Source: Pseudolabrys sp. (lineage in GTDB: Bacteria; Pseudomonadota; Alphaproteobacteria; Rhizobiales; Xanthobacteraceae). From it: a stretch of 64,000 nucleotides of DNA. The stretch covers positions 4,771 through 68,770 of the forward strand of contig DATNBL010000015.1 in NCBI GenBank assembly GCA_035571935.1, in the 5' to 3' direction. The position numbers and the translations under genes are program-made. This document shows, one piece after another, positions 1-8,972 of this stretch; within the stretch, counting starts at the first letter, position 1; each line of letters opens with the position of its first letter. The notes under the pieces are model-generated. The model had not been told where the DNA came from, made no database searches, and saw only the letters and a program-made list of their open reading frames with translations.

Positions 1-11
1 AAGGAGGACCC

Positions 12-980
12 ATGACCATTTCCACCCGGCTGACCGAGCTGCTCAAGGTCAGGCACCCGGTGCTGCTGGCGCCGATGGACACCATCGCCAGCGGCGCGCT
101 GGCCGCGGCGGTGTCGGGCGCCGGCGGCTTCGGCATCATCGGCGGCGGCTATGGCGACGAGGCGCGGCTGGCGCGCGATCTCGACGCGGCGGGTGACGCG
201 CGCGTCGGCGTCGGCTTCATCACCTGGAGCATGGCGAAGACCCCGCGCCTGCTCGATCTCGCGCTCGAGCGCAAGCCCGCGGCGATCATGCTGTCGTTCG
301 GCGACGTCGCGCCGCACGCGGACAAGATCAGGCGCGCCGGCGCGCTGCTGATCTGCCAGGTGCAGAGCGTCGCGCAGGCCAGGGACGTGGCCGCGCATGG
401 CGCCGACGCCATCGTCGCGCAGGGCGGCGAGGCCGGCGGCCACGGCGCGGCGCGCGCCACCTTCCCGCTGGTGCCGGCGGTGGTCGATGCCGCGGGCGCG
501 GTGCCGGTCATCGCCGCCGGCGGCGTCGCCGACGGGCGGGGCCTCGCCGCCGCGCTGATGCTCGGCGCCGACGGCGTGCTGATGGGCACGCGCTTTCTCG
601 CCTGCACCGAAGCCGCGGCGACGGCGGCGGCCAAGCAGCGCGTGGTCGACGCGACCGGCGACGCCACGATCCGCAGCACCTTGTTCGATATCGTGCGCCG
701 CCGCGAATGGCCTGCGCCCTATACCGGCCGCGCGTTGCAGAACGGCTTCACCGCGCGCTGGCGCGGCCGCGAGGCGGAGCTGATGCACAATCTCGGGCAC
801 GAGGAAGTCGCCTACGAAGAGGCGCGGAAGCGCGGCGACCTCGACACCGCGGTCCTGCATGCCGGCGAAGCGGTCGACCTGATCGGCGAAGTGCTGCCCG
901 CCGCCGAGATCGTCGCGCGCACGGTCGACGGCGCTACAAGGCTCATCGCCGGCGCGTCGAACCGCTACAAGGCGACGTGA
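12..980 (+). CDS. Nitronate monooxygenase / FabK-like FMN-dependent oxidoreductase
   Basis: PVLLAPM N-terminus, AQGGEAGGH, VIAAGGVADGRGLAAALMLGADGVLMGTRF motifs; AAGGAGG RBS at 1-7. Confidence 0.9.
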   Translation: MTISTRLTELLKVRHPVLLAPMDTIASGALAAAVSGAGGFGIIGGGYGDEARLARDLDAAGDARVGVGFITWSMAKTPRLLDLALERKPAAIMLSFGDVAPHADKIRRAGALLICQVQSVAQARDVAAHGADAIVAQGGEAGGHGAARATFPLVPAVVDAAGAVPVIAAGGVADGRGLAAALMLGADGVLMGTRFLACTEAAATAAAKQRVVDATGDATIRSTLFDIVRRREWPAPYTGRALQNGFTARWRGREAELMHNLGHEEVAYEEARKRGDLDTAVLHAGEAVDLIGEVLPAAEIVARTVDGATRLIAGASNRYKAT

Positions 981-991
981 CGCGCGCCGCC

Positions 992-1609
992 TCAGTCCGC
1001 CATCGCGAGAAATTCCTGACGCGTCGCGGGATTGTCGCGGAAGCAGCCGAGCATGCGGCTCGTCACCAGGTCGGAGTCCGGCTTGTGCACGCCGCGCGTC
1101 GTCATGCAGTGATGCGACGCCTTGATGATGACGCCGACGCCCTGCGGCTTGAGGACATCGTTGATGGTGTTGGCGATCTGCGCCGTCATCTTCTCCTGGA
1201 TCTGGAGGCGCTTGGCGTAGACCTCGACGACGCGCGCGAGCTTGCTGATGCCGACGACGCGGCCGTTCGGCACATAGGCGACCCAGGCCTGGCCGACGAT
1301 CGGCGCCATGTGGTGTTCGCAATGGCTCTCGAAACGGATGCCGCGCAGCACGATCATCTCGTCATAGCCCTCGATCTCCTCGAAGGTCTTCTGCAGGATC
1401 TCGACCGGGTTCTGCGCATAGCCGGCGAAATACTCCTCGAACGCGCGCGCGACCCGTGCCGGCGTTTCGATCAGCCCGTCGCGGGCCGGGTCGTCGCCGG
1501 TCCAGCGGATGATGGTGCGGATCGCCGCCTCGACATCGGCGCGGTCGGGCCGGTCGGCCTCGGCGTGCGAGAGCCTGGCGCGGTCCAGGGCACGGACGTT
1601 CGAACTCAT
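992..1609 (-). CDS. folE: GTP cyclohydrolase I
   Basis: [40 protein letters not shown] Zn/GTP motifs. Confidence 0.96.
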   Translation of the reverse strand: MSSNVRALDRARLSHAEADRPDRADVEAAIRTIIRWTGDDPARDGLIETPARVARAFEEYFAGYAQNPVEILQKTFEEIEGYDEMIVLRGIRFESHCEHHMAPIVGQAWVAYVPNGRVVGISKLARVVEVYAKRLQIQEKMTAQIANTINDVLKPQGVGVIIKASHHCMTTRGVHKPDSDLVTSRMLGCFRDNPATRQEFLAMAD

Positions 1610-1666
1610 GTGCGTGAAGTCCTCTCAGCGGCCGGCGGCCGGGCCGCCGATGTTTTTCGATAGCGG

Positions 1667-1694
1667 TTTGATGAGGCCGGGCGCGAAAGGTTCC
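1667..1694 (-). promoter_or_regulatory. ECF sigma-type promoter upstream of folE (GGAAC-N16-CATCAAA)
   Basis: Minus strand GGAACCTTTCGCGCCCGGCCTCATCAAA; same layout recurs at 31110-31137. Confidence 0.6.
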
Positions 1695-1769
1695 CGGACT
1701 TGAAGCGGCCGGATCGATACGGGACACTCGGCTCAACCAAAGACAGAAGCGGCAAGGGGAGGATGGCGC

Positions 1770-2759
1770 ATGCTGACGAAACGGGTGTTTTTGGCGGGGG
1801 CGGCGTCGCTCGCGGCCGGCGCGACCTTGGGCGGCGCCGCGGCGGAGAGCCCCTACCCGAGCCGGACGATCCGGATCATGGTCGGCTACGCCGCCGGCGG
1901 CGGCGTCGACATCGTGGCGCGCCTGATCGGCGACCCGATGGGCCGCGCCTTTCACCAGACGATCATCGTCGAGGACCGGCCCGGCGCCAGTGCCATGATC
2001 GCCTCGAACATCGTCGCGAAGGCCGAGCCCGACGGCTACACGCTGCTCGCCGCCGCCTCCGGCGAGGTCGCGATCAACCAGCACATCTTCAAGACGATGA
2101 CCTACGACCCGGACAAGGACCTCGTGCCGTTCTGCCTCGTCGGCATCGTGCCATGCGTCGTCGTCGTCGCGGCCAAGACGCCGGTGCACAATCCGAAGGA
2201 GCTCATCGCCTACGGCCGCGCCAATCCGGGTAAGCTGTCGTTTTCGTCATCGGGCGTCGGCAATCCGCAGCAGCTCGCCGGCGAGCTCATGAACACGATG
2301 GCCGGCATCAAGGTACTGCATGTGCCCTATCGCGGCTCGGCGCCGGCCGTGACCGACGTCGCCGGCGGCGTCGTGACGATGAGCTTCTCGAGCCTCGCGG
2401 CGGCGCTGCCGCTGATCAAAGGCGGCCAGCTGCGCGCGGTCGCGGTCACGTCGAAGGAGCGGCTCGAGCAGCTGCCGGACGTCGCGCCGCTCAGCGAAGG
2501 CGATCCGGGGCTCAAGGGCTACGAATTGCTGAACTGGTTCGCCATGTTCGCCCCGGCCAAGACGCCGCGCGACGTGCTCGGCAAGCTCAATCAGGAGGCC
2601 AATGCGGCGATCAAGAGCAAATCGGTCAGCGATAAATTGACAGTGCAGGGCATCATTCCGCGGCCGATGAACCTCGAGGAGGCCGGCGCCTTCGTCCACT
2701 CGGAGAGCGCCAAGTTCGCCAAGATCGCGAAGGCGGCGAATATCCAGGTGAGCAACTAG
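1770..2759 (+). CDS. Bug/TctC family tripartite tricarboxylate transporter substrate-binding protein (orphan)
   Basis: YPSRTIRIMVGYAAGGGVDIVAR, VEDRPGA, PDGYTL, HVPYRGSAPAVTD; Tat-like signal TKRVFL. Confidence 0.93.
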   Translation: MLTKRVFLAGAASLAAGATLGGAAAESPYPSRTIRIMVGYAAGGGVDIVARLIGDPMGRAFHQTIIVEDRPGASAMIASNIVAKAEPDGYTLLAAASGEVAINQHIFKTMTYDPDKDLVPFCLVGIVPCVVVVAAKTPVHNPKELIAYGRANPGKLSFSSSGVGNPQQLAGELMNTMAGIKVLHVPYRGSAPAVTDVAGGVVTMSFSSLAAALPLIKGGQLRAVAVTSKERLEQLPDVAPLSEGDPGLKGYELLNWFAMFAPAKTPRDVLGKLNQEANAAIKSKSVSDKLTVQGIIPRPMNLEEAGAFVHSESAKFAKIAKAANIQVSN

Positions 2760-2778
2760 GCTCCCGCACGCCGTCTCG

Positions 2779-3225
2779 TCACGCCGCCTGCGCCCGCTGC
2801 ATATGCCGCCGCAGCGACTCCAGCCAGCCGGAAAAGGCGTCGCGCAGGGACGATACGCGCGCGTCGTAGTCCTCGGCGCCGCAATCGAACGAGGCCCACC
2901 ATTCAACGAAGGCGCGGTCGCCGTCGATGACCGGCGTGACGCGCAAGGTCGCTTCGAAATTCCACACCGGGATCGGCGCCGGGCCGTCGAATGCATACAC
3001 CTGCGTGCGCTCCGCGTCCGACAGCGCCAGCAGCTTCTGCCGCCGCCGCGCGCCGTTGTAAAGGACGTTACGCACCGCGCCGACGGCGTCGCCGCTCCTG
3101 CCGTCCTCGATGACGCTCTCGCCAGCCCCGTCGACCCAGACCGGATAGTTGTTGAAGTCGCGGATAACGCGCCAGACGGCGTCCGCCGGCTGCGCGAAGA
3201 TGGTGCTGTAATAGGCTCTGGCCAC
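2779..3225 (-). CDS. SRPBCC/polyketide cyclase-like (MxaD-like) protein
   Basis: GTG start with AAGGAG RBS at 3233-3238; PADAVWRVIRDFNNYPVW...VGAVR pattern; the ORF-track extension to 3630 is spurious. Confidence 0.85.
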   Translation of the reverse strand: MARAYYSTIFAQPADAVWRVIRDFNNYPVWVDGAGESVIEDGRSGDAVGAVRNVLYNGARRRQKLLALSDAERTQVYAFDGPAPIPVWNFEATLRVTPVIDGDRAFVEWWASFDCGAEDYDARVSSLRDAFSGWLESLRRHMQRAQAA

Positions 3226-3301
3226 GGGTAAACTCCTTGTGTCCCGCGCACAGGACGCCATCGCGCACGCGCCGCCCACCCGTTTCCTGAAGGCCCACGA
3301 C

Positions 3302-4048
3302 ATGCCCGACATCATCGTTTCCGACGACGGCGCGATCCGCACCATCCGCATGAACCGGCCGGACAAGAAGAACGCGCTGACGCTGGCGATGTACGACGCC
3401 ATGGCCGCGGCGATCGAAAGCGCCGCCGCGCGCGACGACCTCAATTGCCTGCTGATCGCCGGGCACGCGTCGGGTTTCTCGGCCGGCAACGACATCGGCG
3501 ATTTCGTCGAGATGACCAAGACCGGCGCGCTCGGCGCACCGATCCTGCGCTTCCTGCACGCCCTCAACCGGTCGGAGAAGCCGCTCGTCGCCGCCGTCGC
3601 CGGCCGCGCCGTCGGCGTCGGCACGACCATGCTCCTGCACTGCGATCACGTGGTCGCGGCCGAGGATGCGCTGCTGTCGACGCCGTTCGTTGCGCTCGGC
3701 CTGGTGCCGGAGGCGGGCTCAAGCCTGATCGCGCCGCGGCTGATGGGCCATGCGTGCGCATTCGAGTTGTTGGTGATGGGGCGGACGCTCACCGCCGCGG
3801 CGGCGAAGGAGGCCGGCATCGTCAACGCCGTGGTGCCGGCGGCCGAACTGGAAGCCGCCGCGCTCGCCGCCGCCCAGGCCATCGCGGCGCTGCCGCCGCA
3901 CGCGGTCGCGGCGTCGCGGCGGCTGATGCGAGGCCACGTCACGCAGATCGACGGTCACATCGACGCCGAGGCCGAGGCCTTCCGCAAGCGCCTCGCCTCA
4001 CCCGAGGCCAAGGCCGCCTTCGCCGCGTTTCTGGGGAAGAAAAAGTAG
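3302..4048 (+). CDS. Enoyl-CoA hydratase/isomerase (crotonase family)
   Basis: NRPDKKNALT, FSAGND, AVGVGTTMLLHCD, LGLVPEAGSS. Confidence 0.92.
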   Translation: MPDIIVSDDGAIRTIRMNRPDKKNALTLAMYDAMAAAIESAAARDDLNCLLIAGHASGFSAGNDIGDFVEMTKTGALGAPILRFLHALNRSEKPLVAAVAGRAVGVGTTMLLHCDHVVAAEDALLSTPFVALGLVPEAGSSLIAPRLMGHACAFELLVMGRTLTAAAAKEAGIVNAVVPAAELEAAALAAAQAIAALPPHAVAASRRLMRGHVTQIDGHIDAEAEAFRKRLASPEAKAAFAAFLGKKK

Positions 4049-4216
4049 CCGCGGCGCGACCGGGCTCCGGCGGCGCCGAAGGAAGCGCCCGCGCGCGATT
4101 TGCAGTTGCCTCATCCGGCCAATTGGTTTCAACTTGATGCCAAGAAAAATGGAACTATTGCGAGCGGTGACGCGCCCGCCCTTCCGGACTGCGCCGCCGC
4201 TGCTGGGGAGGCAGCA

Positions 4217-5128
4217 ATGGGCTACGCTTTGCTACGCATCGCCGGCGTTCTTGGCCTGATGCTTTCGTCGTGCATCACGGCCGGCGCCCAGGATTCGCCG
4301 ACGCTCGGCAAGATCAAGCAGAGCGGGACGATCGTGATCGGCCACCGCGACATCGGCATCCCGTTTTCGTATTACGACGGCGCGCATCAACCGATCGGCT
4401 ACTCGATCGACATCTGCCTGAAAATCGTCGACGGCATCAAGCAGGAGCTGGGTGTCAAGTCGCTCGACGTCCGCTTCAAGGAAGTGAACGCTTCGACCCG
4501 AATTCCGTTTGTGGTCAACGGAACGATCGATATGGAGTGCGGATCGACCTCGAACAGTGTCGCGCGCGACCGGCAGGTCGCCTTCTCGCTGACGACTTTC
4601 ATTGCCTCTCCGCGCTTCGTCACGAAAAAGGACGCCGGCCTGACGACGCTTGAGAGCCTGCGCGGAAAGACGATGTCCGCCGTCGCCGGGACGGCTACAT
4701 TGCGGACATTCAGCCAACTCAACAGCCGGAGCAACATTGGGCTGACGATCGAGCCGGTGAAGGATCACGCCACCGCATTCGAAATGCTCGACACCGGTGA
4801 GGTGGATTCCTATGGCGCCGTCGACACATCGGCGTTTAGCATGGTCGCGAAGTCGAAACATCCCGACCGCTATTTTGTGTCCCAGCCGCTGGCGGTCGAT
4901 GCCTTCGGGATCATGTTCCGCAAGAACGATCCCGGGCTGAAGGCGATCGCGGATCGCACGATTCGGGCGATGTTCAAATCCGGCGAGATCGAGCGTCTCT
5001 ATGTGAAGTGGTTCGAGTCGCCTTTGCCGCGACTGGGATTCAGCCTGAGCATGCCGATGAGCAAAGCCCTCAAGCATGCCATTGCCAGCCCGTCCGATTC
5101 GCCCAACCCCGCCGATTATGGCGGCTAG
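4217..5128 (+). CDS. Amino-acid ABC substrate-binding protein, GltI-like (orphan)
   Basis: Signal peptide; IGHRDIGIPFSY, GYSIDIC, STRIP, DMECGSTSNSVAR, IERLYVKWFESP; GGGAGG RBS. Confidence 0.88.
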   Translation: MGYALLRIAGVLGLMLSSCITAGAQDSPTLGKIKQSGTIVIGHRDIGIPFSYYDGAHQPIGYSIDICLKIVDGIKQELGVKSLDVRFKEVNASTRIPFVVNGTIDMECGSTSNSVARDRQVAFSLTTFIASPRFVTKKDAGLTTLESLRGKTMSAVAGTATLRTFSQLNSRSNIGLTIEPVKDHATAFEMLDTGEVDSYGAVDTSAFSMVAKSKHPDRYFVSQPLAVDAFGIMFRKNDPGLKAIADRTIRAMFKSGEIERLYVKWFESPLPRLGFSLSMPMSKALKHAIASPSDSPNPADYGG

Positions 5129-5158
5129 GACGGCAGTGCAAAGACGGGACGAACGGCC

Positions 5159-5923
5159 GTGACTTTGAATTCCTGGTACTTCGCCGCGCAACTGGCCGTC
5201 ATCGCCTGCTCTGCCGCGGTCTGGTGCCGTGTGGCACACGGCAAGAGGCTCGGTGAGCATTTCCCCGACGGCGACGTTATCCCGCCGCCGCTCGTCGGCA
5301 CGATCGTCATCTTTCTCGCCTTCTTCGTCGGCTTCGGCGGCGCCGACATGCGGGAGCAAAACCGGGCGCTCCGGCATTTCGCCCAGGAAGAGGCCAATCA
5401 GGCACGATCAGTCCTGAAGTTTGCCGAGGGTGTCGGCCCGTCGGCGGATCAACTGCGCGAGGCGCTGATCGAGTACCTGCAATCGGCGACGACCGTCGAA
5501 AGGCGCTGGATAGAAGGAAATTCGAATGATAACGCCCCGGCTCAGCCGATGGTCGACGCATTGGTGCTGTCGGCGAGCATCTTCACGGTGCAGGCGCAGA
5601 GCCCGGACGTCATCAAGAGCCTGCTGATCAATTCCGTCGAGCGATTGCGCCAGGCCCGTGTCAGCCGGCTCGGCGCATCGCGCCAATTCGCATCGCTGCC
5701 GGAGTGGCTCGCGATCACGGTCCTCGCGCTTATCGCCCAGGCTATGATCGCGTTCGTGCTGGTAGGCAAGCCGAGAGCGACGACGGTCACCGTGACCGCA
5801 TTCACGTTCGCGGTGCTGTCGGTTTACGTCTATCTCGCCTGGGTCGACGGGCTGATCGGCACATCGAAAGCGGCGGTCTCCGTCGCTCCGTTGCAGGACG
5901 TGTTGAGAACAGTGACCTACTGA
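5159..5923 (+). CDS. DUF4239 / bestrophin-like membrane protein
   Basis: 2 TM + helical soluble region (EEANQAR...LREALIEY...E..W...LRQARVSRL) + 2 TM + VSVAPL tail, matching the DUF4239 pattern as recalled. Confidence 0.72.
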   Translation: MTLNSWYFAAQLAVIACSAAVWCRVAHGKRLGEHFPDGDVIPPPLVGTIVIFLAFFVGFGGADMREQNRALRHFAQEEANQARSVLKFAEGVGPSADQLREALIEYLQSATTVERRWIEGNSNDNAPAQPMVDALVLSASIFTVQAQSPDVIKSLLINSVERLRQARVSRLGASRQFASLPEWLAITVLALIAQAMIAFVLVGKPRATTVTVTAFTFAVLSVYVYLAWVDGLIGTSKAAVSVAPLQDVLRTVTY

Positions 5924-5945
5924 CCGCGCGGATCTCCCCAAACGC

Positions 5946-5975
5946 CGATGGCCGGACCTTACGGCCCGGCCATCG
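5946..5975. terminator. Stem-loop between convergent genes (terminator or degenerate REP)
   Basis: CGATGGCCGG-N10-CCGGCCATCG. Confidence 0.5.
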
Positions 5976-6002
5976 ATGAAACTCCGTTTTGCCGGAGGCC
6001 GC

Positions 6003-6293
6003 TCAGCGGCCGTCGCGGTAGAACGGATTAAACAGGTTGTTCGGGTTGTAATTCTGGTTCGCCGAACTCTGGCCGCCGAAGCGCAGCGAGGTGTTGCCGT
6101 TCTGGATGACGGTCTGGCCGTTGCCGTTGCGGCTGTCCTGCGATGTCGACGGGCTGTAGCGCGAATCCGGATCGACCAGCGCCGAGCCGCCGGTCACGCC
6201 CTGCGCGCCCTCGAAGGTGAAGGCATGCGCGGCGGAGCCGAACGCGGCAACCGCGGCGGCAACGGCGAGAGCGCGGACGGCGGAACGTGTCAT
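6003..6293 (-). CDS. Small secreted N/G/S/Q-rich hypothetical protein
   Basis: Signal peptide ending AHA; AAAGGGG RBS; polar low-complexity mature part. Confidence 0.7.
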   Translation of the reverse strand: MTRSAVRALAVAAAVAAFGSAAHAFTFEGAQGVTGGSALVDPDSRYSPSTSQDSRNGNGQTVIQNGNTSLRFGGQSSANQNYNPNNLFNPFYRDGR

Positions 6294-6389
6294 GGACGGC
6301 CCCTTTCCCGAAGCAGGCAGGCGAGCAAGGTCACCTCACAATATGGCCGCACGGCGGCGGCGCGCGCAACCCCCTGCCGGCATCTCGCT

Positions 6390-6818
6390 TCAGGAGCGTT
6401 GCACGAATGCGACGGTGCAGCCGCGCATGACATCGCCGGCGCGTGTCTTCCAAGCCTGCGTCCCGGTCATGGTTCCGCTGTGCGCGGCGATGGCGCCGGA
6501 ATAGCTGCCCTGGTAGCTGACGCCGCCGATGCTCCAGGTCGAGGTCAGCTTGATCGCGCCGCCGTCCTCGACGGTGCCGGTCGCGAGTTCGCTGCCGATC
6601 ACCAGGGTGCCCCGCACATCGAACACCGGCCGCGCGAATGTCGCCGTCTTGCCGCTGACGATCATGTCGAACGGCGCGCGCAGGATGTCCGGCGCCGCCG
6701 CCATTTTCTCGCACACCAGGCTGCCGCGATAGGTACCGTCGAAGCCGTCCGCACGCGCCATCGAGGACGACGCAATCGCCGCAGCGGCGAACGCCGCAAC
6801 CGTGAATGCCCTGATCAT
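6390..6818 (-). CDS. Secreted hypothetical protein (beta-rich, Cys pair)
   Basis: Signal peptide ending ARA; GGAGG RBS; FDGTYRGSLVC...RGC. Confidence 0.7.
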   Translation of the reverse strand: MIRAFTVAAFAAAAIASSSMARADGFDGTYRGSLVCEKMAAAPDILRAPFDMIVSGKTATFARPVFDVRGTLVIGSELATGTVEDGGAIKLTSTWSIGGVSYQGSYSGAIAAHSGTMTGTQAWKTRAGDVMRGCTVAFVQRS

Positions 6819-7007
6819 CCCCGCCTCCCTGAAGGGAGGCGCAGTCTAGGGCCGCCGCCGCGGGCCGGAACATAAAATCGGCATAACAGAATTGGACAAA
6901 TTGGACCCCTGCCTCGCGCTCTGGTCCGGAAACACAAAACCGCCGCCTCGCGGCCGCGAGCCGACGGTTCATCCATCGAAACGACTATCGGCGCGAAATC
7001 GGCGGTG

Positions 7008-7193
7008 TCAGTGCACGCTGGCCAGGCCGTTATGGCGCAGCCTTTCGATCTCGTCCTTCACCAATAATTTCTTGCGCTTGAGTTCCACCACTTTCAAATC
7101 GTCGGTCGCGGGGTGCGCCAGGCAGTCGTTGAGCTCAGCTTCCAGGGCCTGGTGCTTCTTTTCGAGCTCCGCGAGGTGCGATTGGATCGACAT
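7008..7193 (-). CDS. DUF465/YdcH family small coiled-coil protein
   Basis: MSIQSHLAELEKKHQALE...LKRKKLLVKDEIERL; GAGGAGG RBS. Confidence 0.9.
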   Translation of the reverse strand: MSIQSHLAELEKKHQALEAELNDCLAHPATDDLKVVELKRKKLLVKDEIERLRHNGLASVH

Positions 7194-7414
7194 GCAGAAT
7201 GCCTCCTCAATCCTTGGATTCCCGAACATAGGCAGTATAGCGGAAAATCGCCGCCCGAGCGAGCCGAAACGCCGCACCTCGCCCGCCCGGCGGGAACCCG
7301 AAGCCGTTGGCGGGACGGCGTTTTTGGTAACCTTGATGACGGGTGTGGAAAACGTGATACTCGGGTTCCGTATGCCGGGCTGAAAGCCGCCCGGCCGGTG
7401 GAACAGCGGTACCG

Positions 7415-7621
7415 ATGACCGACGAGGACGAACGCACGTTGCGGGAAGAGCTCGCGCGCCTGCAACAGGAGCATCGTGACCTCGACGCCGCCATCGCCGC
7501 GCTGATCGCCTCGCCCGGCGTCGACCTGATCCAGGTGCAGCGGCTGAAGAAACGCAAGCTGGTGCTGCGCGACAAGATCCGCGCGGTCGAGGACCAGCTC
7601 ACGCCGGATATCATCGCGTGA
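7415..7621 (+). CDS. DUF465/YdcH family small coiled-coil protein
   Basis: EHRDLDAAI...QRLKKRKLVLRDKI...PDIIA. Confidence 0.9.
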   Translation: MTDEDERTLREELARLQQEHRDLDAAIAALIASPGVDLIQVQRLKKRKLVLRDKIRAVEDQLTPDIIA

Positions 7622-7728
7622 TGTCATTCCGGGACGCCGCGCAGCGGCGGGCCCGGAATCCATACACCGCAGCGCCAGGGAATATGGATTCCGGGCTCGC
7701 GGCCTGACGGCCGCGCCCCGGAATGACA
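7622..7728. repeat. REP-like dimeric palindromic element (GTC-tagged)
   Basis: TGTCATTCCGGG...CCCGGAATCCAT-spacer-ATGGATTCCGGG...CCCGGAATGACA between convergent genes. Confidence 0.85.
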
Positions 7729-7729
7729 G

Positions 7730-8341
7730 CTACCCGCGCCGCTCGCGCTTGCGGGCGTACATCGCCTGGTCGGCCGCCTCGATCATCGCCGACGGAGTGG
7801 AATCCGGGTCGAGCGCGACAACGCCGGCACTGGCGCCGCAGGCGAGCGTAAGGCCCTGGTAGTCGACGGCGACCTTGGCGATGAGGGTTTCGAGGCTCTG
7901 TGCCTTGGCGGCGGCCTGCGTCGGACCGGTGTTCCAGAGCACGGCGCCGAACTCGTCGCCGCCGAGGCGGCCGACGACGTCGGAGGCGCGCAGATTGCGC
8001 ACGAGGTCTTGCACGACGGCCTTCAGCAGCGCGTCGCCGGCGGTGTGGCCGTGCCGGTCGTTGATCGCCTTGAAGCCGTCGAGGTCGACATACATGAGCA
8101 CCGCCGGCGTGCCGTAGCGCTTCACGAAGGCGATCGAGCGCGCGAGCTCGCGCTCGAAGCCGCGGCGGTTGAGCACGTCGAGCATGGAGTCGGCATCGGC
8201 GCGCTCCTCGAGCTCGGCCACCGCCCATTCGGCGCGGATGAGCTTCTCGCGCAGCCGCGCGACCTCCGCGCGCAGCTCGTCCGGCGTCATGGCGTCGATA
8301 TTGGCCGTATCGGCAGCGGTCTCCGCGGTCACCAAAGTCAT
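7730..8341 (-). CDS. Diguanylate cyclase (coiled coil + GGDEF)
   Basis: [23 protein letters not shown]-site, RLGGDEF, ADQAMY; start at ATG 8341 (8290 possible). Confidence 0.92.
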   Translation of the reverse strand: MTLVTAETAADTANIDAMTPDELRAEVARLREKLIRAEWAVAELEERADADSMLDVLNRRGFERELARSIAFVKRYGTPAVLMYVDLDGFKAINDRHGHTAGDALLKAVVQDLVRNLRASDVVGRLGGDEFGAVLWNTGPTQAAAKAQSLETLIAKVAVDYQGLTLACGASAGVVALDPDSTPSAMIEAADQAMYARKRERRG

Positions 8342-8382
8342 TCCCCGAATCGCATTCCGGCCCCGAGAATAACGCTTTCGCC

Positions 8383-8410
8383 TTGCCAGCGGAGGGGTCA
8401 TTCCTATAAT
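8383..8410 (+). promoter_or_regulatory. Sigma70-type promoter of purEK
   Basis: TTGCCA-N16-TATAAT, 42 nt upstream of the purE ATG. Confidence 0.6.
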
Positions 8411-8452
8411 GCGGCGCTTCCTTCCGCCGGGGCGGCGGAATCCGGGGGCAAA

Positions 8453-8938
8453 ATGCCTGCAAAACCAGTCGCGATCATCATGGGCAGCCAGTCCGACTGG
8501 GCCACGATGAAGCACGCCGCCGAGACCCTGGACGCCCTCTCCATCGGCTACGACGCGCGCATCGTCTCCGCCCACCGCACCCCGAAGCGCCTCTACGAGT
8601 TCGCCCATGCGGCCAGGGACAACGGCTTCAAGGTGATCATCGCCGGTGCGGGCGGCGCGGCTCACCTGCCCGGCATGACGGCGGCGATGACGCCGCTGCC
8701 GGTGCTCGGCGTGCCGATGAACACGCACGCGCTCGAGGGCAAGGATTCGCTGCTGTCGATCATGCAGATGCCGGGCGGCGTGCCGGTCGGCACGCTGGCG
8801 ATCGGCAAGGCCGGAGCGATCAACGCCGCGCTGCTCGCGGCCGGTATCCTGGCGCTGTCGGACGGCAAGGTCGCCAAGCGCCTCGATGCCTGGCGCGCCA
8901 GGCAGACGAAGTCCGTCGCCAAGCGGCCAAAAGACTGA
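8453..8938 (+). CDS. purE: N5-CAIR mutase
   Basis: [40 protein letters not shown]. Confidence 0.97.
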   Translation: MPAKPVAIIMGSQSDWATMKHAAETLDALSIGYDARIVSAHRTPKRLYEFAHAARDNGFKVIIAGAGGAAHLPGMTAAMTPLPVLGVPMNTHALEGKDSLLSIMQMPGGVPVGTLAIGKAGAINAALLAAGILALSDGKVAKRLDAWRARQTKSVAKRPKD

Positions 8939-8972
8939 TGATCAGACCGCCCGCCTCTCCCGCTGGAACGAA

